Shown here: positions 1 through 9,877 of the stretch, in pieces
Layout of the letters: every line of letters begins with the position of its first letter
Position numbering within the stretch: position 1 is the stretch's first letter
Virus record (IMG/VR): IMGVR_UViG_3300042401_002002
Reading direction: 5' to 3' (one strand)
Source: a virus
Taxonomy: Duplodnaviria > Heunggongvirae > Uroviricota > Caudoviricetes
DNA: 64,000 nucleotides
The notes under the pieces: generated by a model
What the model was told of the DNA's origin: nothing
What the model saw: the letters and a program-made list of their open reading frames with translations, nothing else
Database searches by the model: none
Made by a program: the position numbers and the translations under genes

Positions 1-62
1 ATGCAAATGCATATTAGAAATTTAGTTGAGATAGAAAAAATTGATAATTCTAGGATTTAGAT

Positions 63-341
63 ATGGAAAATAACAAAATTTGGAATTTCGCTTCTGAAGA
101 AGAAATAGAAATTTATAACAACATAAGAAATAATCAATTTTTAACAGATTTACAAATTAAAAGAATAAAACATTTTGTTTATTATCTTCAAAAGCATGTT
201 GATTTTACTAAAATTGATGAAAAAATAATTTCAGATTATATTTTAGGTAGTGAATTTCAGTTTCCGATTGATAATGAACTTGCTTTGTTGATTATTGATG
301 ATGAAAATTTAAAAAGGTTTAAAACTAACCGAAACAACTGA
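63..341 (+). CDS. hypothetical protein
   Basis: 92-aa ORF, no recognisable motif. Confidence 0.6.
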   Translation: MENNKIWNFASEEEIEIYNNIRNNQFLTDLQIKRIKHFVYYLQKHVDFTKIDEKIISDYILGSEFQFPIDNELALLIIDDENLKRFKTNRNN

Positions 342-426
342 TAAATTTAGGTTCTTTATTAAGTTGTTACTTAAAAATTAATTATTAAAGATAAACTTAA
401 TTCGGTTAAATTTAACGCTAACATAG

Positions 427-807
427 TTAGTTTTCTTCTTCAAAAACAATTTGTTTTTCGTACAGTAATTCTTCAATATCTTCAAGTTTGTCACCGAATT
501 TGAAGATTATTTTTTTATGTGTTACTGCACCTAAATTTTCCCAGGCTAAAGCTATGATACCATCAGCACCATCAGTATAAGTAAAAAATTCATTATCAGT
601 TAATAATGTAAAATCTCTTGTGGTGGTCATTGTGTATGTTGATGAAATATAATCTTCATAAGGTGGTTCAGATACATTACTTGCAGGTAATTCCCATTCT
701 GGTCCGATTACATCATCAATATCTTCTGTAAAGTATAATCTATATGTTTTTTCACCTCTTGGTGAGTGTTTGTCTATTTTTTCTAAGTAACAAAGTTGTT
801 GTGACAT
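427..807 (-). CDS. hypothetical phage protein
   Basis: 126-aa acidic ORF, directly follows the upstream ORF. Confidence 0.7.
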   Translation of the reverse strand: MSQQLCYLEKIDKHSPRGEKTYRLYFTEDIDDVIGPEWELPASNVSEPPYEDYISSTYTMTTTRDFTLLTDNEFFTYTDGADGIIALAWENLGAVTHKKIIFKFGDKLEDIEELLYEKQIVFEEEN

Positions 808-808
808 G

Positions 809-1738
809 TTATTTTGTTTTTAATCCAATTAAAAAGTTTTTTATTTTAGTAAAAATATTTTGTTTGTTAATTCTATTTGTATCAGTATTAGGTTTTTGAA
901 TTGCACTTGTGTTAGTTGTAGTTTTAACTAAAATCAACTCATTTAGTTTTAAAATTTTATTAAGAAAAATATCAGCTCTACGTTTTAAGTATTTATCAAT
1001 TTTATTAGGTAAATATTCTTCACTTGTTTTAAAAGAAGTACATAGCTCTTTGATATAATATTGACCTACTTGCGTGTCGCCCATTTGATTTAAATTTACA
1101 TCAATAAACTCAATATAATCAGGATGTAATATTTTATTTATGATTTTTATAAATGGAAGTGTACTTAATTTAGTATCATAATCATTAGGTGTTATTTGGT
1201 ATATTGTAAGTAATTCTTTATAAATCTCATGTATTTCAGCATTAGTTTCCATTTTATCTAAAAAATAAAGATTTTTAACAAAATTATCACCACCAATATT
1301 TTGCATGTAATTTGTTACGGTATTATATAGTTGTTGTTTATTATTACTTCTATTTTTACGGTCTTTAATTGCTTTGATTGTTATTTCAAATAAATGTGTA
1401 ATTTCGTGGTATATTGTACTAATTTGTAAATTATTTTCAGGTATAGTTAAAGTAAATTCGTGTGGTTTTAAGCTATTTGTTTGAATGGATGCTTCGGATT
1501 TTTCTTCCTTGTTTTTATGTTTTATAATTATTTTGTCAAATTTAAAAATTATATCACCAGGTAGGTTTAAATAAAATTCTTGTTTTAATGTACCATTTGA
1601 TAGTGGCACATTACCATTTTGAATAACACATTGCCCGTTATTAAAAACCAAGTTTTTATTTGAAAGTATTTTATATAGTTCTTCTGAAAACCTTACAACT
1701 TCTGAGTTTACTCCTCTTTTTTCGTTAATTAAAGACAT
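809..1738 (-). CDS. putative zincin-like metallopeptidase-motif protein
   Basis: IYHEITHLFE (HExxH) followed by ETNAEIHE; ACTATTTA motif just upstream (1754-1761). Confidence 0.5.
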   Translation of the reverse strand: MSLINEKRGVNSEVVRFSEELYKILSNKNLVFNNGQCVIQNGNVPLSNGTLKQEFYLNLPGDIIFKFDKIIIKHKNKEEKSEASIQTNSLKPHEFTLTIPENNLQISTIYHEITHLFEITIKAIKDRKNRSNNKQQLYNTVTNYMQNIGGDNFVKNLYFLDKMETNAEIHEIYKELLTIYQITPNDYDTKLSTLPFIKIINKILHPDYIEFIDVNLNQMGDTQVGQYYIKELCTSFKTSEEYLPNKIDKYLKRRADIFLNKILKLNELILVKTTTNTSAIQKPNTDTNRINKQNIFTKIKNFLIGLKTK

Positions 1739-1748
1739 AATATTTGTT

Positions 1749-2267
1749 TTAGTTAAATAGTTTAATTATAGAAATTTTATTAATTTTTTGTTTTACAATT
1801 TCTTTAATTTTATATTTACCGTTAAAATAATCTTTTAAATTAATTTGACATTCTTTTGAAATTTTACTGTATTCATTATGTTGTATTTCATTTGTATTTT
1901 TTAATATTACAGTAAATAATTGGGATGATAAATAATTATTTTCATTACCTAAATCATGTATCGTTACATTGTATAGTATTTCAAAAGCTATAACTAGTTT
2001 AGTTGTTTCAAAACCTAATTTTTCGTAAAAAAAAACATATCTATTAATAGTTTTATCGTATTTATTTGTTTCTATATATTTAACTAATTTTTCTATACGA
2101 CTATCAATAAGTAGTTTGTTAATATTTTTTGTATTATGATTAGATTTAACTATTAATATTAGTAAATTATGTATTAACTTAATATAATCGGTATTAAGTA
2201 AGTTATCTACAAATTTGTAATGTAGATGATTGTTAAACGATTTTTTTGGACGTGCTACAAATTCCAT
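1749..2267 (-). CDS. hypothetical protein
   Basis: 172-aa ORF in an operon-like run. Confidence 0.55.
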   Translation of the reverse strand: MEFVARPKKSFNNHLHYKFVDNLLNTDYIKLIHNLLILIVKSNHNTKNINKLLIDSRIEKLVKYIETNKYDKTINRYVFFYEKLGFETTKLVIAFEILYNVTIHDLGNENNYLSSQLFTVILKNTNEIQHNEYSKISKECQINLKDYFNGKYKIKEIVKQKINKISIIKLFN

Positions 2268-2826
2268 AATATTTATTTATTTTATAATCAATTATTTTTT
2301 TTAATCTAAACATATAATTTAGTGATTTTTTATATTTTATAGATAATAATAAACAATCAATAAAGTTGATTTTGAAAAATTTAAGTAACATATTATTTGT
2401 GTTATCACTAAACATGTTCTGGTATTTTAAAAGAGATTTAAATAAATTATCATTTAAAATATCAATAAAATTACCGTTTATTCTACTATTGAATAAATTA
2501 ATATCCTCATTAGTTATGTTTTTAAAATATAAAATGGGTATTATATAATTTATATTTTTATCGTTAATAACATAATTAAATAAATCACCATTATTAATAT
2601 TGGTATAACAAAAATTTTGATAATTCTCTATTATAATATTATTTTCATTATTTTTATAATGATGTGTTTTAATTATGTCAGTACACATTGATAAAATTAT
2701 TTCACCTATTTCGCTGTTTTTACCAGAAAAATCATACATATTTCCAATTAGTCTAAAACTGTGCGGAAAGTTATTATTTTCTTGTATTTCCATTCTAGGA
2801 CTAGTAAATATATTTTCTAATGTCAT
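2233..2826 (-). CDS. hypothetical protein
   Basis: 197-aa ORF; TATATTTG promoter-like box upstream. Confidence 0.55.
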   Translation of the reverse strand: MTLENIFTSPRMEIQENNNFPHSFRLIGNMYDFSGKNSEIGEIILSMCTDIIKTHHYKNNENNIIIENYQNFCYTNINNGDLFNYVINDKNINYIIPILYFKNITNEDINLFNSRINGNFIDILNDNLFKSLLKYQNMFSDNTNNMLLKFFKINFIDCLLLSIKYKKSLNYMFRLKKIIDYKINKYYGICSTSKKIV

Positions 2827-2897
2827 AACACTATTTATTTTGTTCTCAAATATATTAACTTATTTCAATAAATCAAAATTATTTTTGTTTTTTTTTT

Positions 2898-2907
2898 ACT
2901 ATTTATA
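2898..2907 (+). promoter_or_regulatory. putative phage late-promoter motif ACTATTTATA
   Basis: Same motif precedes several structural-type genes (6807, 43480, 45071, 49300, 57951) and the second solo tnpB (13589-13598). Confidence 0.55.
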
Positions 2908-2934
2908 ATAAATAACCGTTAATCTAACTATTCA

Positions 2935-4551
2935 ATGTTTACAACCTACAACCTTAAAGTTAAGTCAATTTCTAATGTTGATGTTTTTGATAACATCGTG
3001 TACAACTACACGGGTCTGTTTCAAAAACTATACAACAACTTTGACCTTTCGGTTGATAAAAATTACATTGAGTCTTTGTGTAACACATTTAATATTTCAC
3101 GTTCATTATATGATAACTGTGTGACCGATGTTAAAATGTCTTTAGAATCTCTAATCGAAATTAAAAAAGAAAAAGAGTTAGATATTATTGATGTTCAAAA
3201 ACAACTTGATAAACTTAACAAGTTAGATAGATTATCTAAAAGACAAAAGAAGTTTAAAGTTAAACTTAAAAATAAACTTGTTAATTTAAAGAAATCTTTA
3301 AACAAAGATGTTACTTTTGGTGGCAAAGAATTGCTACGCAAAATAACTAAACTTTCTCAAAATACAGATAAAACTGATAAACAAGTTAAGTTACTTGAAA
3401 AATATAAACAACAGTTTTCTGAAAACAGAAAACGTAATGTATTTCTACAAGGTAGAGCTTGTGAGAGTGGTAACAGAAACATAGAGTTTCACTTAACCGA
3501 AGGTTATTTGATTTATAAGTTTGATAAAAACAATCACATAAGGTTTGATTTTAAACAACCTTATAAAAGTAAAAAACGTTTACAAAATTTACAAAAAATA
3601 CAACAGTTAGTTAACAATAATCAGATAGCTTTAACAGTTAGATTAGATAAAAACCAAATATCATTAACATTTGATAATGAAATTGTCAATGGTTATCAGT
3701 TTGACACTAAACTGTTGAATGAGTTAAAGAAAAAATATCCTTCAACTGATAAAAAGGTACACTACAAAACTGTTAAAGATGAACAAGCTAACAGAAAAAG
3801 TAAAGGTAAGGTTTTAAACAGATGTGCAGGTGTTGACTTAAACCCAAGTGAAATTGGGTTTAGTATTATAGATGTGGGTTCTGATAATGAGGTACAAAGT
3901 ATTATATTTCACAGAATATATGATGTGTCATACTACACAGATAAAAAGAATATCAAAGGTGCTAGAAAAAGTACGCAGCAAAAGATAAGAAACAAGTTCA
4001 AAAATGAACTTGCAGTAATATTTGATGATATAATTAGTTATTGTGTCCATTACAAAGTATGTTACTTTGGGTTGGAGGAATTGTTAAATATATCAAACTA
4101 TAACACCGAAAGAGGTACTGAGTTTAACAGACAAATTAAAAATGTATGGAACAGAAATCTACAAGTTAATTTGTTAAAAGTAAGATGTGATGAACAAGGG
4201 ATACAACTTATAGAAGTTGACCCAAAGTACAGTAGTGTTATAGGGAATTTATTATATGCCACTAATTATGAACTACACGACTGTGTAGGTTCAAGTGTAG
4301 AAGTGGCGAGAAGAAGTTATACAAAATATCTTAGTGGTTGTCCTAATAGACTGTACCCATCTTTAGTGAACTATAAAAGTGAGTCATTGATTGAACGAAC
4401 TGGCATAGCAGTAGCTAACAAAGAAAGTTGGGTAGAGATTTCGAGAGAAATTAAAAAGTCTAGTTACGGAGCAGGGGGATGGTGGAGGTTAAAACCCTCC
4501 ACCGTAGGTAAATACTTAAACAGTGAAACATCAATGGTTGTATATCATTGA
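2935..4551 (+). CDS. tnpB: TnpB-like RNA-guided RuvC nuclease (solo, IS200/IS605 accessory type, no Zn ribbon)
   Basis: RuvC-I AGVDLNPS, RuvC-II FGLEEL, VDPKYSSVIG, RuvC-III HDCVGSSVEVARR; no adjacent transposase. Confidence 0.8.
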   Translation: MFTTYNLKVKSISNVDVFDNIVYNYTGLFQKLYNNFDLSVDKNYIESLCNTFNISRSLYDNCVTDVKMSLESLIEIKKEKELDIIDVQKQLDKLNKLDRLSKRQKKFKVKLKNKLVNLKKSLNKDVTFGGKELLRKITKLSQNTDKTDKQVKLLEKYKQQFSENRKRNVFLQGRACESGNRNIEFHLTEGYLIYKFDKNNHIRFDFKQPYKSKKRLQNLQKIQQLVNNNQIALTVRLDKNQISLTFDNEIVNGYQFDTKLLNELKKKYPSTDKKVHYKTVKDEQANRKSKGKVLNRCAGVDLNPSEIGFSIIDVGSDNEVQSIIFHRIYDVSYYTDKKNIKGARKSTQQKIRNKFKNELAVIFDDIISYCVHYKVCYFGLEELLNISNYNTERGTEFNRQIKNVWNRNLQVNLLKVRCDEQGIQLIEVDPKYSSVIGNLLYATNYELHDCVGSSVEVARRSYTKYLSGCPNRLYPSLVNYKSESLIERTGIAVANKESWVEISREIKKSSYGAGGWWRLKPSTVGKYLNSETSMVVYH

Positions 4552-4641
4552 GAATAATTGTTTATATGTTTAATACCTCATAAATATCAAATTAAAAAAT
4601 CTGGACTGACATGTATTATCAACCCAGATTCAAAATTAAGT

Positions 4642-5979
4642 TTATTTTCGTTTATTTGCTAAAAGTTCTTTATACCAATCAGCTCTTCTTGCTGTGATTA
4701 TTTCTAAATCAAACTCATTTTTTACATCTTCAACAAATTGTTTAGTTAAATCAGTAATTAATTGCGGTTCGTTAGTTATTTTTTTCAAAATTTTAGCAAA
4801 ATCACGGTCATCTTTAGCTATAAAACCATTAACACCATGTTTAATGTATTTAGTGTATACAGGGTTATTAGAAACAATAGGTAATACTTGTTTTAGAGAT
4901 GCTTCAGCAAGTTTTAATGGTGATTTACATCTGTTAAATTCGGTATCAACTAATGGAATTAATGAAACATCTATATGGTCATAATGTTTCATATAAGAAT
5001 TTACATTTTTTGTAAAATGTCTTACATAAGGTTGTTCTGAAGTGTTTGGATATTCTTCATCAACATATTTTTTAAGGTGTTCTAAATAATTATTATCTTT
5101 GATTAGTTTGTAGTTATCAGTAAATGTATTTTCATAACTATACCAAATATTTTCTTCAATTGGTAGTGGTAATTCTTTAAAACTTACAAAGTTATCTTTA
5201 TATTTCTCTTTTAAATCATTTGGGATTGATTTAATTTTATTGATATCACCTAAAGCTTTGTTAAATTCATTGAATACAACATTTAAATCAATTCTTCTGT
5301 TAATAAGTTCTTTAAGTAAGTCTTCATTTAACATACTCATCTTTTTTGAACCTCTTAAGTCAAAACCGTGTAATGATGTTGTAATTTTTGATTGTAAGTT
5401 TTTATCTGCTGATAAAATTTGGAACATTGATTTCAATTCTTCAAAATCTTTACCATGTGAAGCACCACCGATATAACCAACACGTATTTTATCACTTGAT
5501 TTTCTATTGTATGAAAATTGAGGTGCTATATTTACTGTTGCAGCATTATTAAACACACCAATATTTTTATTAAACTGTCTTAAAAAATTAGCAAAATAAT
5601 CTGTTGTTGTTGATATTGCATCAGCGTATTTTAAACCACCTAAGATTTGTACATCTCTTTTTTCAGTTTTAATTAAGTGATACATTGGGTGTGACGGGTG
5701 TAATCTAGGATTATCATCTATATCAATAATGCTAACAATACCTAAACTATCAAAAAATGTTTTCATTTGTTGATTTTCGCCATGTAAACTTTGGTGGAAA
5801 TGAACAATATCATATTGAGCTAATTCTTCAAATGTTGTTTGAGTGAAATCTTGTTTAATTGTTACATCAAATTCATTATCATGGTTTTGTTGCAACATTA
5901 TTGCTGGTAAGTAAGTTCTCCAGTAAAAAACACCTGCTTGGTCCTGGTTTACGAATAAAATTTTAATTTTTTTGTTCAT
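4642..5979 (-). CDS. GT-B (GT4-like) glycosyltransferase
   Basis: GVFYWR N-terminus, DIDD, RVGYIGGASH, PLVDTEFNRCKSPLKLAEA. Confidence 0.8.
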   Translation of the reverse strand: MNKKIKILFVNQDQAGVFYWRTYLPAIMLQQNHDNEFDVTIKQDFTQTTFEELAQYDIVHFHQSLHGENQQMKTFFDSLGIVSIIDIDDNPRLHPSHPMYHLIKTEKRDVQILGGLKYADAISTTTDYFANFLRQFNKNIGVFNNAATVNIAPQFSYNRKSSDKIRVGYIGGASHGKDFEELKSMFQILSADKNLQSKITTSLHGFDLRGSKKMSMLNEDLLKELINRRIDLNVVFNEFNKALGDINKIKSIPNDLKEKYKDNFVSFKELPLPIEENIWYSYENTFTDNYKLIKDNNYLEHLKKYVDEEYPNTSEQPYVRHFTKNVNSYMKHYDHIDVSLIPLVDTEFNRCKSPLKLAEASLKQVLPIVSNNPVYTKYIKHGVNGFIAKDDRDFAKILKKITNEPQLITDLTKQFVEDVKNEFDLEIITARRADWYKELLANKRK

Positions 5980-6063
5980 TTTGAAAAGTTTTATAAAAAG
6001 TTTGTAAAAATTTGGTTATTTAAAAGAAACGAACTAATAACCTTTTTTAATATTCACAATATA

Positions 6064-6789
6064 ATGGAAAAAAACAACAATAACAAGCAAACAGGTAAAA
6101 ATATTTTGATTTTAATCTTATTATTTTTACTAGGTATTATATCTATTTGGTTTTTAAATAATTATAATCGAATTAAATCTTATGAAGATTTAAAAAAAGA
6201 AAAAGAGTTTGTTCAAACTTTGAATGATTCTATTCATACATATAAAAATGAAAAAGGACAATTAGTTTATGAAAAAGCTGCACTTAAAGCTGATTTTAGA
6301 TTAATGAAAAAATATAATGATAGTCTATCTACAACAACTAAACGTCTTTTTGAAAACTTTAAAAAAGATAAGAATATTATTTCATCTATGAATGTTCAAA
6401 TAGAATATTTAAGAAGTCAATTAATTAATAATAATGGTGTTGTAGATACGAATAGTAATTCTGTTAGTTTTAAGGATAGTACTGAAACATTATTTTATAA
6501 GTTATCTATTAATAATGTTAAAACAATTAAAAATAAAAAACCTGAATTAGTTATTGATACAATAAAAACATTTAGTTCTATTGATATTACAACAAAAAAA
6601 GATTCATCAGGTGCTATTAAAACTGTTATAACACCTCAAGATTCAACTACTAAAGTTAAAGATACTGATTCAGTTGTTGAAGACACTAAACCTAAAGATA
6701 ATAATACAGGTAATACTTTAAAAGATAAATTAAAAACAGGTAGTTTAGGTGTTGTTATAGGGATTGTAATAGCTTTGATATTATTTTAA
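6064..6789 (+). CDS. membrane-anchored coiled-coil protein, possible spanin/Rz-like lysis accessory
   Basis: N-terminal TM helix, coiled coil, C-terminal hydrophobic helix; function is inference. Confidence 0.4.
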   Translation: MEKNNNNKQTGKNILILILLFLLGIISIWFLNNYNRIKSYEDLKKEKEFVQTLNDSIHTYKNEKGQLVYEKAALKADFRLMKKYNDSLSTTTKRLFENFKKDKNIISSMNVQIEYLRSQLINNNGVVDTNSNSVSFKDSTETLFYKLSINNVKTIKNKKPELVIDTIKTFSSIDITTKKDSSGAIKTVITPQDSTTKVKDTDSVVEDTKPKDNNTGNTLKDKLKTGSLGVVIGIVIALILF

Positions 6790-6837
6790 ATAAAACAAAA
6801 ATTAAAACTATTTATAATTATAAAATTAAATATACAA

Positions 6838-7326
6838 ATGACTCCTATAATAATGAATGAATTTGTTGAAACTGTTAATGGTGTTGTGCAACAAATTAAA
6901 GGTGGTGTGCCAGAGATAGATGATGATTCACTTTCTTCTTCAAATAAAACAAGTGATGAGATTGAACAACAAATGACAACTAAAAACATGGCTCCTTGGG
7001 GTACCGGAATTGGTTTGGGATACATAACTGGACCTGTTTTTGAAGGAAATGATAAAGATATTGTTGAGAATGTAATTGATAAAAATAAAGTGTCTGCTTT
7101 GGATTTATTAACTATGGATGAAGATGCACCTTCAGCTGATGAAGATGATGAATCTGAATATATCGATAGAACTAAAAAGTTTGCCGAAGTATTTAATGAT
7201 TTCTTTGACGATGAAGAAAAAATGAAAGCTCTTAATATTTTGTTTGATAGATTACATATTTACGATATTGAAGGTAAATACAAAAAATCTTTGTTGAATA
7301 AATTCAAAGATAAACTTTTTAACTAA
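6838..7326 (+). CDS. hypothetical acidic protein
   Basis: 162-aa ORF after ACTATTTATA at 6807-6816. Confidence 0.65.
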   Translation: MTPIIMNEFVETVNGVVQQIKGGVPEIDDDSLSSSNKTSDEIEQQMTTKNMAPWGTGIGLGYITGPVFEGNDKDIVENVIDKNKVSALDLLTMDEDAPSADEDDESEYIDRTKKFAEVFNDFFDDEEKMKALNILFDRLHIYDIEGKYKKSLLNKFKDKLFN

Positions 7327-7346
7327 TAAACTAAAATAAACATAAA

Positions 7347-8645
7347 ATGAGCAAACATAATAAATTCAATATTGATGTTAAATTATTCAATGATGAATAT
7401 TTTGATGTTGTTTTGTGTTTTGATGAAAAAACTGATTTAGATAATATGTCTTGTGGATTAAATTTATATACTGATGGGTTGATTTGTTATATTGATACAA
7501 CAAATCCTTTATCATGGAATGGAAATACTGATTATTCAGTTGTTTCTTTGGTTTCATATCCACAAGCTATTGTTAGTGCAAATACAATTTCAAATAATGG
7601 TTTAACTTTCTTCGATTATGGAAAGAGTTCTGTTATGTCTGGTGATACTTTAGTTATTAATTACACAGATAGATATTTAAAACTTAATTCTGTTAAGTAT
7701 AATGATGTTAGTGGTAATACTTTCCCTTTAGGTACAGTAACTAGTGGTTCAACAACTAATGGTAATTATTTAACTTTGAGTGGTGGTTCTTATTTTAATA
7801 ATTATTTTAAGTTAGATTCTTATAATTATGAAATATTACCTTATCGTTATCAATATGGTTTAACTATTGAAACTCAGGTAGAATTAACAAATAATTTATT
7901 TGGTTCTATAACAGGTTATACTGGTGGTTTCTTTTTGTTTTTAGGTGCTAAGGCTGAAAATAAATATTTAACATCTTATACAGGTAGAACTTATGTAGAT
8001 ATTTCTGGTAATACAATTACTACTAGTGGTGAAACTTTTTTAAACACTACTTTAGACACACCTTTGAATCCTATTTCTGGTTCAACTGATTTTAATACTG
8101 ATTTATATGAAAATGTTTTTGGTTTTAAGTTTAATCAAGATAAATCAATAACATTTAGATTTGTAAATGAATTTGGTGATGTTAATGAATATAAATCATT
8201 TAACACAATAACTGATTTAGGTTGGTCATTAATTTCTATTGTTTATAAACCATACGGTGATATAAAGAATTTTAATCAAAATAAAGCATGTACTTCTTCT
8301 AGAGAAGGTTCTTTGGAAATATATGTAAATGGTGAAATCTTCTTTTCATTAGAAAATATAAAAGAAATCTGGTTTAAATCTTTAAATGAATCACCTGATA
8401 AAATAATTGGTGTACCATATAACATTTCATGGGGCGGTGGTTCTTATGGATTAAAAAATTCATACAGAATAGATGAAACAAACCCATTTACTTATTATCA
8501 TCCAACTAATGTTGATAATTTGTTGATTGAATCTAATTTTAATGGTTCGATTAACACAAATATACAAAAATTAAGGATTTATGAAAAACCGCTTAATTTT
8601 ACACAAATTAGAAACAACTATAGATACGAACAATCATTATTTTAA
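7347..8645 (+). CDS. putative virion protein with LamG/concanavalin-like beta-sandwich
   Basis: S/T/G/N-rich; LEIYVNG and IQKLRIYEKPLNFTQIRNNY are LamG-like. Confidence 0.6.
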   Translation: MSKHNKFNIDVKLFNDEYFDVVLCFDEKTDLDNMSCGLNLYTDGLICYIDTTNPLSWNGNTDYSVVSLVSYPQAIVSANTISNNGLTFFDYGKSSVMSGDTLVINYTDRYLKLNSVKYNDVSGNTFPLGTVTSGSTTNGNYLTLSGGSYFNNYFKLDSYNYEILPYRYQYGLTIETQVELTNNLFGSITGYTGGFFLFLGAKAENKYLTSYTGRTYVDISGNTITTSGETFLNTTLDTPLNPISGSTDFNTDLYENVFGFKFNQDKSITFRFVNEFGDVNEYKSFNTITDLGWSLISIVYKPYGDIKNFNQNKACTSSREGSLEIYVNGEIFFSLENIKEIWFKSLNESPDKIIGVPYNISWGGGSYGLKNSYRIDETNPFTYYHPTNVDNLLIESNFNGSINTNIQKLRIYEKPLNFTQIRNNYRYEQSLF

Positions 8646-8648
8646 GGC

Positions 8649-9086
8649 ATGGAAAGTTGGTTAAGAGAAGAACTTGATTCAATAATTAAGAATTATAAAT
8701 CAGGTATTAATGAATCTGAAAGTTTAGAGGAAGCTGTTTATAAAGGTAGGAAAGTGCCTTTGAGAAAAATAATGCGTGGTGACGTTAAAAAGTTCAAAGT
8801 TTATGTTAATTCTGGTAAGAAAGATTCAGATGGCAACGTTAGAGCTTTAAGAATTGACTTTGGGCACGGTGGCAGCTCGGCTAAGTCTAAAAATCAAAAG
8901 ACAATGGAAATTAAACGTGATAATCCGAAAAGAAGAAAAGCTTTTAGAGCTAGATTTAATTGCGATAACCCAGGACCTGATACTAGTGCGAGATACTGGA
9001 GTTGCCGTACATGGACCGCTAAAGATAAAGTAAGTGATTTACTTAAAGAAATCATAAAAGAAGAATTGAAAAACCTAACTAATTAA
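8649..9086 (+). CDS. conserved basic phage protein
   Basis: KKFKVYV...FG...RRKAFRARFNC...ARYWSC motif recognised from myovirus hypothetical proteins. Confidence 0.65.
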   Translation: MESWLREELDSIIKNYKSGINESESLEEAVYKGRKVPLRKIMRGDVKKFKVYVNSGKKDSDGNVRALRIDFGHGGSSAKSKNQKTMEIKRDNPKRRKAFRARFNCDNPGPDTSARYWSCRTWTAKDKVSDLLKEIIKEELKNLTN

Positions 9087-9098
9087 GTTAGGTTTTTT
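9069..9098. terminator. bidirectional intrinsic terminator
   Basis: AAAAACCTAACT...AGTTAGGTTTTTT inverted repeat between convergent genes. Confidence 0.75.
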
Positions 9099-9102
9099 GT
9101 TT

Positions 9103-9511
9103 CTACATAATTCTTCCATAAATAACTAATTGATTATTATGTAATTTTCTAAGAATGTCACCATCAAATGTTTCGCTAGTTCTAAGAAATAAACACATCA
9201 TATTTGATGCATAATTGAAAGGTAGTACGAGTCTTTTGTCTATTATTAATTTCATCTTGGAACTATTATTAATTTATTTTTATAGTGTCTAATATCAGTT
9301 TTGGTTCCTATTAATGTTGGAATAAAAACTGAACAAAATTTCCAATCTCGGTCATTACTTTTGTTTTTTATTACAAGTTTCATATTTCCTCGTATCTTGA
9401 TAATATTATTAACTTATTGTAAATTCTAAAACCAATTAATCTATCTTCTAGGTAATCTTGATATATTTCAAAGTCAATTTTAAGATGTTGGGTGTGAATG
9501 TCTAATTTCAT
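9103..9511 (-). repeat. MKL micro-ORF array 1 (3 units)
   Basis: 9380-9511 MKLDIHTQHLKIDFEIYQDYLEDRLIGFRIYNKLIILSRYEEI; 9252-9383 MKLVIKNKSNDRDWKFCSVFIPTLIGTKTDIRHYKNKLIIVPR; 9103-9255 MKLIIDKRLVLPFNYASNMMCLFLRTSETFDGDILRKLHNNQLVIYGRIM; ATGA overlaps. Confidence 0.85.
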
Positions 9512-9515
9512 TGTA

Positions 9516-9758
9516 TTATACAATTTTAAGTAATTCAGTTAATGACTTGACCATTATTTTATCAAAATTACCTTCTATTTTATCAGTTATTTGTAAATAT
9601 AACATATCTTTAAAATTATTATCACTAACACATAACTTGATATTGTTATAAATAAATTCAAAACCTTCATCATTTATTTTAAAATCAATTATAACATTAT
9701 ATTCTTTTTGAATAAGTGTAATATAATTATTACAAAAGTTTGTATACATAATTTTCAT
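9516..9758 (-). CDS. hypothetical protein
   Basis: 80 aa; its ATG overlaps the TGA of the preceding micro-ORF. Confidence 0.6.
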   Translation of the reverse strand: MKIMYTNFCNNYITLIQKEYNVIIDFKINDEGFEFIYNNIKLCVSDNNFKDMLYLQITDKIEGNFDKIMVKSLTELLKIV

Positions 9759-9877
9759 CTTCTAACTATTATTAATTTATTGGACCAATATTTGACACTA
9801 CCGCAACTTGCACTAATATTTCTAGGAACATTAATATGAAAACTAGTTAAACTTATTGTTTTTATTTCAAGTTTCAT
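9755..9877 (-). CDS. MKL micro-ORF coupled to the primase stop
   Basis: MKLEIKTISLTSFHINVPRNISASCGSVKYWSNKLIIVRR; ATG overlaps primase TGA. Confidence 0.8.
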   Translation of the reverse strand: MKLEIKTISLTSFHINVPRNISASCGSVKYWSNKLIIVRR

